NCBI RefSeq assembly: GCF_045037415.1
Contig: NZ_CP173438.1
Reading direction: 5' to 3' (one strand)
Source of the DNA: Escherichia coli
GTDB lineage: Bacteria; Pseudomonadota; Gammaproteobacteria; Enterobacterales; Enterobacteriaceae
Length of the DNA stretch: 64,000 nucleotides
Each line of letters begins with the position of its first letter. The first letter of the stretch is position 1. Under the pieces are notes generated by a model, which was not told where the DNA came from, made no database searches, and saw only the letters and a list, made by a program, of their open reading frames with translations. Shown here piece by piece: positions 54,486 to 62,671 of the stretch. The translations under genes and the position numbers were made by a program.

Positions 54486-55401
54486 TGCGCTTGCTGGCAC
54501 TGATCTTCATAGTATCACCACGACAGTCATAGCGCGTCGTCGTGGATATGTCGCTGTGGCCTGCCAACTGGCGGACGGTATTGATATCCACGCCCTGCTC
54601 CAGCAAACGGGTGATGAAGGTGCGCCGCATATCATGCGGGGTAAAACGTGCTATACCTGCCGTTTGCTGTAACTCAGCCAGGATACCCGTTAACCCGGTC
54701 GTAGTCAGCGGTTGGCTTGCGACCTTACCACTGCGCTGAATTCGCCTAAACAACGCACTGTCAGCCTCGTCTGCGCCAACTTTCAGCCACGCACGAATAG
54801 CCTTGTCCACCGCATCCGCCACGTGAATTTCACGGTATTTACGCCCCTTCCCTTGCCTCACCGTCAGGATGCCGTTGTCATAGTCCCGGCGCTCAAGTTT
54901 AACCAGTTCCCCGGCCCGCAGGCCCGTTCCGCAAAGCATCAGCACAATGGCGACATCGCGACAGCGCCGTACAGATTGCGGATGCTGTTTTGCAGCCTGA
55001 ATCAGTACCCGGATTTCCTGCCTGCCCAGCGCCCTTCCCTTGCGCTGGACATCGCCGCTCACGCGCTTAACTGACCGGATACGTGCCAGCGTTTCGGCAT
55101 CCATGTAATTGAGGTTAAAGGCCGTCTGCGCTACGCCCCGGAGTGCTGACAGCGCCATGTTGACCGATGACACGGCGTAACCGTCATCCAGCAGTGCCGC
55201 GCGCACTTTGGCAACGGCGGCGTAGTTAAGTTGTTCCCACGGATAGTCTGCTGCATCCGCACCGTGTTTAAGTATGCTGGCGCTGCGGTTTAACAGGCTG
55301 GTGATACCTCGCCGTCCCGAGGGGGCCAGACCGACAATATACGCATCGAACACGGTGGTTTGCACCACCGGCACGACCTGACGCAACGCTGTCCTGCTCA
55401 T
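54472..55401 (-). CDS. Tyrosine recombinase (XerC/D-like phage integrase family)
   Basis: Catalytic contexts are TGLRAGE (R), GKGRKYR (K), HDMRRTF (HxxR), GHSDISTT (H) and TRYD (Y). I prefer ATG 55401 to the TTG at 55416. Confidence 0.85.
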   Translation of the reverse strand: MSRTALRQVVPVVQTTVFDAYIVGLAPSGRRGITSLLNRSASILKHGADAADYPWEQLNYAAVAKVRAALLDDGYAVSSVNMALSALRGVAQTAFNLNYMDAETLARIRSVKRVSGDVQRKGRALGRQEIRVLIQAAKQHPQSVRRCRDVAIVLMLCGTGLRAGELVKLERRDYDNGILTVRQGKGRKYREIHVADAVDKAIRAWLKVGADEADSALFRRIQRSGKVASQPLTTTGLTGILAELQQTAGIARFTPHDMRRTFITRLLEQGVDINTVRQLAGHSDISTTTRYDCRGDTMKISASKRIRCF

Positions 55402-55447
55402 GCGCGTAACCCGCAATAACGTACATTAAACCAAGTAACTTTCAGCA

Positions 55448-55900
55448 TCACACCAGTCCTCGCTCAGCCATCGACACCGTTTCAGTTCCTGCCACGATAA
55501 AGTGATCAAGTAACCGCACATCCAGTATTTCCAGCAGCTCCTGAAGCTTTTTGGTCAACTGGATGTCACACCGGCTGGGTTCAGGCTCGCCGCTGGGGTG
55601 ATTATGGACAAGGATGACGGCGGCGGCGTTATGTTTCAGCACACGCTTAATAACTTCACGGGGGTGAACGCTGACCGAGTTTAGCGTACCCCTGAACAGG
55701 ATTTCGCGGTGCAGCAGCTGATTATGATTATCGAGTAGGATGATGCCAAACTCTTCATGTTCAAGCGGTGCCAGCTCAACCATCACGCACCGTCGAACAT
55801 CATCAGGGGAACAGAGTTGAACCCCACGCTGGTAGTACCGGCTAATAATGTCACGCGCCTGGTCAAGGATACGGGTTTCACGCTGGGTAAACATGGTCAT
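55448..55900 (-). CDS. RadC-like JAB/JAMM domain protein (YeeS/YfjY/YkfG family)
   Basis: ATG 55900 lies 1 nt after the upstream stop. The JAMM motif is LVHNHPSGEPEPSRCD. Confidence 0.85.
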   Translation of the reverse strand: MTMFTQRETRILDQARDIISRYYQRGVQLCSPDDVRRCVMVELAPLEHEEFGIILLDNHNQLLHREILFRGTLNSVSVHPREVIKRVLKHNAAAVILVHNHPSGEPEPSRCDIQLTKKLQELLEILDVRLLDHFIVAGTETVSMAERGLV

Positions 55901-55901
55901 G

Positions 55902-56441
55902 TCAGAACTCCCGTTCAATGAAGTAAATGGCGTCTGGAAACAGCTGGCGGCGGGTTACGCCAGTACGCAGGGAGAAAGCTTTACGGGGCATGGTGGTTCG
56001 CCCGTTGCTGTCGAAGAAGCAGAGCATTTCTTCGTCCATTTTGACCAGAAGGGACCAGTGAAACTGGTCGCTGAGCATAATCAGGCGAGAGTGGTCAGTG
56101 ACGTCAAGAAACCGCTGCATTTCCCTGAACAGCCGCCCGTCTGTTAACCCCCGCTTCCCTGCAAAGGGTCTGGTGATTTCAACCGGGAACTGGCGGCGGT
56201 AATGCCCTTTCTGCAACACCTGAGCTATTAACCAGTCTAAGCGGTCTTCTTCAATTCCTTCAGTCAGCCATTCATGCAAAGGCCAGCGCTGCTGATAAGT
56301 CTGAATAAGCCAGTTCATTAACGGGCGTCGTTTCACCCTGCCGTCATACAGCCAGCTCAGCATGTTAACCACGCAATAAGCACCGCAAAGACAGTCCAGT
56401 TCGCCCTGTTGAGACGCACGTATCCCTCTGTCAGTCGTCAC
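55902..56441 (-). CDS. Predicted papain-fold cysteine peptidase-like protein
   Basis: 179 aa with a GTG start after GGGGA. QQGELDCLCGAYC has the Gln-x5-Cys spacing typical of papain-like oxyanion/nucleophile pairs. DQFHWSLLV...FFDSNG supplies candidate His and Asp/Asn residues. Confidence 0.5.
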   Translation of the reverse strand: MTTDRGIRASQQGELDCLCGAYCVVNMLSWLYDGRVKRRPLMNWLIQTYQQRWPLHEWLTEGIEEDRLDWLIAQVLQKGHYRRQFPVEITRPFAGKRGLTDGRLFREMQRFLDVTDHSRLIMLSDQFHWSLLVKMDEEMLCFFDSNGRTTMPRKAFSLRTGVTRRQLFPDAIYFIEREF

Positions 56442-56482
56442 AGATAATTCCCCATAAATTAGTGATGGTTAGTACAGGGGGA

Positions 56483-56905
56483 TTAGCTTTCCCAGAGAAC
56501 GGTAATGGTGTAGATGTTCATGCCGTGATACTGAATAAAGTTGGATTGCCAGAGTTCAAACAGCTCCCTTCCGGCGTTAACAGGCAGGTCACCAACATAA
56601 GCAAGAAAGACATATTGCTGACTCCAGCTGATATCAATTTCCTTTTCAAGTTCGGGGTATACCGTCCCCATATAACTGAAGTCGGTAATGTAATCAAAAT
56701 ACCATTCATCATTGCGTGAAATAATCCGTATTTCGACAGGATGGTAACCACCCTTTTCAGCGCTGTAACTCAGGTCTTTAAATAACAGACTGACGGCTGT
56801 AATTTTGGCTTTATGCGGCGGTGGATTTCCCGCTTCATTTAATATGATATTTATTAATTCCTGATCGACGGGCATAGCTAGCCCTTCCTGATGGACAATA
56901 TTCAT
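56483..56905 (-). CDS. Hypothetical 140-aa protein (possibly DUF2787-like; family recalled with low certainty)
   Basis: AGGAAA precedes the ATG. It is the first gene of the minus-strand operon 56905->54472. Confidence 0.5.
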   Translation of the reverse strand: MNIVHQEGLAMPVDQELINIILNEAGNPPPHKAKITAVSLLFKDLSYSAEKGGYHPVEIRIISRNDEWYFDYITDFSYMGTVYPELEKEIDISWSQQYVFLAYVGDLPVNAGRELFELWQSNFIQYHGMNIYTITVLWES

Positions 56906-57162
56906 CAGTGATTTTCCTGTTCAATATATTCTGATAAGACGTTATGTCTGCACCAGCACAGGTGGGGTTTAATCACCTAATAAATGGTAAGTGCATGACA
57001 ACGTACTGACTGGGTAAAATATAGTTCACCAGCAATATTATTATATCAAAAATATACTTTTTATGCAAATAGTAACAAAGAGAAACTAATATGTGGTTCA
57101 GCAATGAAATAACTGGCAATAGGTTTTTATTCATTATTAAGTGATGGCATACTTTCCATTCT

Positions 57163-57214
57163 GCCATGTCAGACAGGTCAGGATTCCGGGGTGGTTCCTT
57201 CTGTCTGGCATGGC
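57163..57214. repeat. 14-bp-stem inverted repeat just 3' of the c-like repressor gene
   Basis: GCCATGTCAGACAG-N24-CTGTCTGGCATGGC pairs with one G-U. No U-tract occurs on either strand. Confidence 0.7.
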
Positions 57215-57229
57215 GGAAAACTGACGCTA

Positions 57230-57718
57230 TCACACCTTCCCGTTCAGCTTTTCAAAGAGGCGCTTACGCTCATCTTCGGGCAGCTTCATGATTTGTACCG
57301 CCAGTTCAGAAACATTGGGCACCTGAGACATCAGATCGTCCTTTACCAGCCTGAGGGCCTGCTCCATCAGTTGCGCCCGCGAAGCTGGCGACATATTGCG
57401 ATACAGCTGCACCCAGAGGCTTAGCTGGCGATCACTGTCGTTGAGAGTAAACGCTTCGCCCTTAGCCCTGTTTCTCTCATCATCAAGCGACATTGTGGCT
57501 GCGCTAATATGGTAAACCACACCTTTCCCGGCAGTCCTTTTACGACGTATTTCCGGGTGCAGGGATGCCAGCTTTTCCAAGCGCATCCTGGCGCCACGCG
57601 CAGTGCCCGGCATCCCCTCAATATGAGTGAATTCCTCTGCTGTCAGCCAGTCTTTAGCCTCTTCAACAGAAGCTTCAGGATGAGTAGGTATAGCCGAAAC
57701 TGTTCTCTTACTGCTCAT
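57230..57718 (-). CDS. Mu Repc(c)-like DNA-binding repressor
   Basis: ATG 57718 gives 162 aa. EEFTHIEGMPGTARGARMRLEKL...RKRTAGKGVVYH parallels the Mu c repressor N-terminal winged-helix region (...MPGSVAGVHYRA...RKKEGVKGGKAVEY) as I recall it. Confidence 0.6.
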   Translation of the reverse strand: MSSKRTVSAIPTHPEASVEEAKDWLTAEEFTHIEGMPGTARGARMRLEKLASLHPEIRRKRTAGKGVVYHISAATMSLDDERNRAKGEAFTLNDSDRQLSLWVQLYRNMSPASRAQLMEQALRLVKDDLMSQVPNVSELAVQIMKLPEDERKRLFEKLNGKV

Positions 57719-57764
57719 ATAAATTTCACCAGATATCAATGCGTTAATATGAAAACCAATAAAT

Positions 57765-57792
57765 AGATACCAAAAGAACTTGAAAGGTATCT
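57765..57792. promoter_or_regulatory. Inverted repeat AGATACC-N14-GGTATCT in the c/ner divergent intergenic region
   Basis: Read directly. The region also contains three TTAATA(T/C) copies. It is a candidate operator. Confidence 0.4.
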
Positions 57793-57839
57793 TTTATTCG
57801 CATTTAATATCCATGTACTGATTCCATGGAGTTAATACT

Positions 57840-58109
57840 GTGCGTAACTCAACAGCATCGCAGAAAAAGCAAATCAAAGGAAGTTCAGGGAACTGGCATC
57901 GTGCCGATATTGTGGCAGCACTTCACAAGCGAGGGTTAACGCTGGCGTTACTGTCACGCAGTCACGGCCTTGCGCCACGGACATTAAATAACGCCTTAGA
58001 GCGTCATTATCCCAGAGCTGAGCGCATTATTGCCGGGGCTCTGGATACGACACCGGAAACATTATGGCCGGAAAGGTATGCCCTTAAAAATGGACCTAAT
58101 AGCAGGTAA
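57840..58109 (+). CDS. Ner/Nlp(SfsB)-family DNA-binding protein
   Basis: 89 aa. WHRADIVAALHKRGLTLALLSRSHGLAPRTLNNALERHYPRAERIIAGALDTTPETLWPERY is the Ner-like HTH signature. Confidence 0.85.
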   Translation: MRNSTASQKKQIKGSSGNWHRADIVAALHKRGLTLALLSRSHGLAPRTLNNALERHYPRAERIIAGALDTTPETLWPERYALKNGPNSR

Positions 58110-58120
58110 AGGATGCAACC

Positions 58121-58648
58121 ATGGCAACCACCATCACTGAAATAACGGAATGCTTTGAGTATTTTTTCAGTTCTCTTTATCGCAGGGAGTTCGTCAAAAC
58201 CCTGCGTCTGAACGAATGTAGCGAGCGGGAATTACTGCCTCTGGTACGTTGCTATTTGCTGGGTTGGTTTGCAGATAACGTCTCACCGGAAGTAAAAAGC
58301 AAACTGCCAGGAACTGTATCCGGGCACGGTTACATTGATTTTGTCATTGACGATGTGGCCGTTGAGTTTGCAGTACGTAAACCAACTGCGGCACGTTCCA
58401 ATGTCTCTGCGACCGTCAACAGTACAGAAGTAAAGAAATTGATGAAACATGACGGCAAAGCCTTGCTTGTGCTGTTTGATTTCTCTGACACACCCTATTC
58501 AGAAGAACAGATTGAATCCTTCCGCAACTGGCCCTCTCTTGGTCGAGGGAATCATCGCAAGTCTGCATTCAACGTCGTTTATTTCTTTGTGGAAAAACGC
58601 AGACCGCTGGCACTGGGGAAAATCACCAAAAACATCCGTATCACTTAA
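58121..58648 (+). CDS. Hypothetical cytoplasmic protein, possible PD-(D/E)xK-like fold
   Basis: 175 aa with AAGGA before the ATG. GYIDFVIDDVAVEFAVRK...STEVKK could supply D...E.K, but the spacing is atypical. Confidence 0.5.
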   Translation: MATTITEITECFEYFFSSLYRREFVKTLRLNECSERELLPLVRCYLLGWFADNVSPEVKSKLPGTVSGHGYIDFVIDDVAVEFAVRKPTAARSNVSATVNSTEVKKLMKHDGKALLVLFDFSDTPYSEEQIESFRNWPSLGRGNHRKSAFNVVYFFVEKRRPLALGKITKNIRIT

Positions 58649-58662
58649 CAGGGAATTAATTA

Positions 58663-59022
58663 ATGAACAGAAAACTGTTGGCCTTATTCATGGCAGCCAT
58701 AACGCTACCAGTCGCAGCAGCGCAGTACGTAAAACCCGGAGCGGTTCTAACCCTGCATCCGGGACAGAATAACGCTGAATTCAACATTAATGCCTCAACG
58801 GGGGATGGTTCGGGCGTATGCAATATGGAGGGGACAGCACAGCAAATAGCTGCCGGAGAAAGTCAGAAGCGTCGCTGGGTCTGGAATGACAATGCCAGCG
58901 AGTGTGTTGCAGTAATTAGTGAACTGACAAACGGTAAGGCCAGCATTATGACACGTGGTTGCGAGGGATACTGCGGGGCTTCTGCGGCAGGCGCAATGGA
59001 TGGTCTATTTAATAAGAAATAA
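58663..59022 (+). CDS. Hypothetical secreted protein (signal peptide, four Cys)
   Basis: 119 aa. MNRKLLALFMAAITLPVAAAQ is a signal peptide ending in an AxA-like cleavage site. Confidence 0.55.
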   Translation: MNRKLLALFMAAITLPVAAAQYVKPGAVLTLHPGQNNAEFNINASTGDGSGVCNMEGTAQQIAAGESQKRRWVWNDNASECVAVISELTNGKASIMTRGCEGYCGASAAGAMDGLFNKK

Positions 59023-59052
59023 AAGTATCATTAATTTACGAAGGAACTACAG

Positions 59053-59388
59053 ATGAAAAGAGCAATACTTCTGGTATTAATTGCTGCTGGTTTGCTGGCT
59101 GGCTGCGGCGAGAAAACGCCAAAATGTAGTAGTGATGATGCAAAAAATCTGGTCGGGGATATTGCAAGAAAGACAATCGAGAAAGGGATGAAACTGGATA
59201 AGGATGTGCGTATTTCTGTAGAAAATGTCAGAACAATTAGCCATGAATCAGATCTGGATGTTTATCAGTGCGCTGCTGATTTAACGTTTACAAAACCAGA
59301 TTTGCAAAATTCTCTACCAATCACCTACCGGATTCAGAAAACTGATGAGGGTAAAGGTCCGTTTTATATAAACGTAACAGGTTTATAA
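59053..59388 (+). CDS. Hypothetical lipoprotein
   Basis: 111 aa with the lipobox LLAGC after a hydrophobic leader, and AAGGA before the ATG. Confidence 0.6.
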   Translation: MKRAILLVLIAAGLLAGCGEKTPKCSSDDAKNLVGDIARKTIEKGMKLDKDVRISVENVRTISHESDLDVYQCAADLTFTKPDLQNSLPITYRIQKTDEGKGPFYINVTGL

Positions 59389-59454
59389 TCACTGAATAAC
59401 ATCCGGGTTCCTTTTGGGTGAAATAATTCATGTTTTATTCCAAAAGGAAACCCT

Positions 59455-59700
59455 ATGAAAAAGATCATCATATTTACCATTATAGCTATTATCACATTTA
59501 GTTGGCTCGTTACACACAATACAACTGAGTCCGAAAAAATCCCTCCTGCTAATACTCCCTTTATTATTAAGTCTAACGTACCTGGCATGTGCAAGGTCAG
59601 CGCCATCACAACCTCTACAGATACCAAACAGAATATACCTGTCGTAGCGTGCAAAATCAGCATTACGACCGCAATCACTTCCAGTACTACCAGTTACTGA
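59455..59700 (+). CDS. Hypothetical small signal-anchored protein (Thr/Ser-rich)
   Basis: 81 aa. MKKIIIFTIIAIITFSWLV is an N-terminal TM segment. AAAGGAAA precedes the ATG. Confidence 0.5.
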   Translation: MKKIIIFTIIAIITFSWLVTHNTTESEKIPPANTPFIIKSNVPGMCKVSAITTSTDTKQNIPVVACKISITTAITSSTTSY

Positions 59701-60267
59701 TCACTGTGTTTACTTTACCGACAGACTGGGATACAAAAACGTCAAACACCTTCTCAATCAGTCTTATACCGTAAGCAATGCCGGGTGTGTCGGGCTCTGA
59801 GGGTTGATTAATTCCACAGGCATATGAAGACTAAATCCTACCATCCCCATACCTGCTGAGCCGCTCCGTTGAACATCTTTATCGCCTTGCTGTGGGTGCC
59901 AATCACGGCTATCCCCGCCCGTCTTGTAGGTTGGGGCTCACCAAATACGATGCCACTGGGAAGCTCTTTCAGTGTCACGTAATGCCATTTATAGCCCAGA
60001 TATGACCTGCTACTGAGCTAACTACATTGATTTGCCTAAATCCTGGGGCCTCTAAAGCGTCAGCGCCGCGCAGCAGTATAGGCAAGCCACTTTTAACGGG
60101 TTTTATCCGGCTCCCTGAGGCTGCTTTCAGAAAAGGCGTGTAATCGGATAACTACAGCAACCTAGGGAAGTATGTGCTTGTAGAATGAATGCAGTGGTAA
60201 TCAAGACTACCGCTTTTACAAACCCCACCAATCGTATAACTGCGATTTGATGGCTACCCATCCTAAG

Positions 60268-62154
60268 TTACTTCATTAAAATAGCACTATTTTTTGAGGG
60301 CAGCGGGATAAGGGCTCTGCGCTCTCCATCCATTGCATGTTCACCCGCAAACCATTCGTAATGAACTTTATTCATGATTGATACCGGCGGTTCTTTATTC
60401 TCTATAACTATGATTTGTAAGGTATCAGGCAATTGGGTCAGTGAATGCCAGAAGCCTTCCTCAATACCAGCCGATATGGGTTCATCGAAGCCCGATACCG
60501 TAGCAGCGGCTTTCTTCTTATAACTTGTCAGCGGTGAATCAATCACGACTAGCCCAGGATGCGGGTATCCTTTTTTAATACAATATTTTAGTAATCCAAT
60601 GATGAAAGCTGAATAAAGAATGGCACGAACACCTTTACCGTGAGACTGCCGAGGTTGTCCATCAACAATGATGTCATACTCTTTTTCATTAAATGAAACG
60701 TCAGGCTCGGCACCCCATTTCCAGTCTTTTAAAACAGTTTCAATTTCTCTACAAAGTTCGGCCAGCGTACGGGTAGATAATCCCTCCCATTCGAGCCGTG
60801 GTTGACTGCTCTTTTCCAGCAGTATTTCTATATCCTTTTGATGTTTTAGTAACTCAAACCATCTCTGTCGATCATTCAACTCAGAGTCTCTTTCAGCTCG
60901 CTGCTCAATAGCTAAATCTAGGCTTTCTTTGGAAAGTGTAAGAAGAGGCTCAAAAGTATATTTGATCTGGTTCTTCATTCCATCCAAGCTTTCTTTTGAC
61001 TTATATCTGTCTATATTCAGAGCTTCTTTTCTTCGGTCAAGATCACTCATCGCTTTTTGCAGGCCTGCAAGGTATCCATGAATTTTTGCAGCTTCAGCTA
61101 AAGAAGAACGTCGGACTTCATTACTGTTCATTAATTTTTTAGCGTTCTCACTGTGTGGATGTAGTAAATTTTGTCCACAAAGGGAACAAGGAACTTCCTG
61201 AAGTGAAGTGAAATAGTGAGAACCTTCGGAAATAAAATCCAACCGCTTCAGGTCGGAATGGTAACGTTCTTCTAATAGGCTATATCTCGATTGAATTTCA
61301 GATACTCCCATTAACTGAGATTCTATTTTTAACGTTAACGCTGTCTCCATTTTTATTCCCTCGAGCAAGTCAGAAATAGCGGCTGCAGCCCTCTCAACTT
61401 CATCAATTGCTTGTGCAATCAATTGATCTGATAAATCATCTGCTGAGCTCGTTAATGGAAACTTGGGCGAACAAATTGAGAAACGTTCATCAAGTGGTCG
61501 AATCAAATCCTGGATGAATTCAAGCTTCGCCATCAACCTCGCTTTTACAATTTCAGGCTTTTCCTCTACGGTAACACCACCATCATCGTGCCCGGTAAGG
61601 ATGTATGAAAACATGCGTTTTCGAGCAGTGTCGTCATAACCGGAACGTCCCGTTACTGGCGAGTATTCGTCGATAATGGATACTTCATCTACCAAAAATA
61701 TAGGAGCGAGCGTTCGAATCGAGAAACGTTGCGTTTCGCCACGAGCATTCTTGCGAAGCTTCGCCTCTTTGATCCCCGCAAAAGGGAAAAGTATGGACGT
61801 CACATCTGGCCCCTTACTCGTTCCTTTACGCACAGGAGCAATTATTTTACCTTCTCCATGGATGTCTTGAATAGCGACATCATGTGCCTCTAATTTCCCC
61901 CCCTCAAGACCGCGCTTGAGCGTTAACACCCCCCCTTCATCATTTTCGAATTCAACATAAAGATGGGTGTAATCGGTGGCCTCTTTAAGCTTTTTTTTGA
62001 GTTTTTCGGCACCAAGAATGTAGTCAAGACAACTCACAAGGTAACTTTTCCCAGTATCAGATTCCCCTGCTAGAATATTCGCACCCTTATAGAAATCAAC
62101 ATAAGCGTCTTGAACGCTGTTTCCGCGCAATAGTATTTTTCTTATACGAAGCAT
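60268..62154 (-). CDS. Rad50/SMC-like ABC ATPase (LmuB / ABC-3C ATPase, DUF3732-like)
   Basis: ATG 62154 lies 1 nt after the upstream stop (MLRIRKILLRGN...). It has Walker A GESDTGKSY and a long central helical region with CSLCGQ (CxxC, zinc-hook-like). The C-terminal motif is GLVVIDSPLTSY (Walker B/D-loop). Confidence 0.75.
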   Translation of the reverse strand: MLRIRKILLRGNSVQDAYVDFYKGANILAGESDTGKSYLVSCLDYILGAEKLKKKLKEATDYTHLYVEFENDEGGVLTLKRGLEGGKLEAHDVAIQDIHGEGKIIAPVRKGTSKGPDVTSILFPFAGIKEAKLRKNARGETQRFSIRTLAPIFLVDEVSIIDEYSPVTGRSGYDDTARKRMFSYILTGHDDGGVTVEEKPEIVKARLMAKLEFIQDLIRPLDERFSICSPKFPLTSSADDLSDQLIAQAIDEVERAAAAISDLLEGIKMETALTLKIESQLMGVSEIQSRYSLLEERYHSDLKRLDFISEGSHYFTSLQEVPCSLCGQNLLHPHSENAKKLMNSNEVRRSSLAEAAKIHGYLAGLQKAMSDLDRRKEALNIDRYKSKESLDGMKNQIKYTFEPLLTLSKESLDLAIEQRAERDSELNDRQRWFELLKHQKDIEILLEKSSQPRLEWEGLSTRTLAELCREIETVLKDWKWGAEPDVSFNEKEYDIIVDGQPRQSHGKGVRAILYSAFIIGLLKYCIKKGYPHPGLVVIDSPLTSYKKKAAATVSGFDEPISAGIEEGFWHSLTQLPDTLQIIVIENKEPPVSIMNKVHYEWFAGEHAMDGERRALIPLPSKNSAILMK

Positions 62155-62155
62155 G

Positions 62156-62671
62156 TTATAAATCCAGTAGATCAATTGCGGTCAATCGGTCGAATTCAGA
62201 ACCCCATTGCCCCACATTCTGAGATATATATGAAGCAAGTTCTTCATCCGTATATTCATAGAATTGCTTTGTGACCCAAGAGGCACGTTCTGCGAGCTCT
62301 TTTGAATACTGTGACATCAAAAGCCGCACAAACCTTCCTGTTAAATTGGTAGCCTGATACAAAATACCTTCGGCAGCAAAGACAACCTTAATCAATTCTC
62401 TTGATAGCATTAAATGCAGCCCTGCCTGAATTGCGCTTCGCTTAACAAGAAGCTCTGCTCCCCGGTGAGGAACTGCTGGATGAAGGCTTTTAGGCCCCCT
62501 AGGTACGTCACTGGTATGCACAAGAAGATAGTCATACGAAACTATCCTTTGTAGGTCCATTGCTACATTGTCCGCTGCATCCAATATGAACAGAGCACGA
62601 AATCCATACTCCAGCGGAGTGTTAAAAGGTCTCTGCTCAAAGTTTCCTTCAAATACTTGCATTTCGCTCAT
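62156..62671 (-). CDS. Small helical middle component (LmuC / ABC-3C middle-component-like)
   Basis: ATG 62671 forms an ATGA overlap with the upstream stop, giving 171 aa with no enzymatic motif. Its position between effector and ATPase matches three-gene Lamassu. Confidence 0.6.
   Translation of the reverse strand: MSEMQVFEGNFEQRPFNTPLEYGFRALFILDAADNVAMDLQRIVSYDYLLVHTSDVPRGPKSLHPAVPHRGAELLVKRSAIQAGLHLMLSRELIKVVFAAEGILYQATNLTGRFVRLLMSQYSKELAERASWVTKQFYEYTDEELASYISQNVGQWGSEFDRLTAIDLLDL

Noticed and set aside
56973-57233. 86-aa minus-strand ORF in the AT-rich spacer
   Set aside because: The region is very AT-rich, and the translation is an Ile/Leu/Tyr/Lys-rich product typical of random AT-rich DNA. 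It overlaps the inverted repeat and a likely promoter region.
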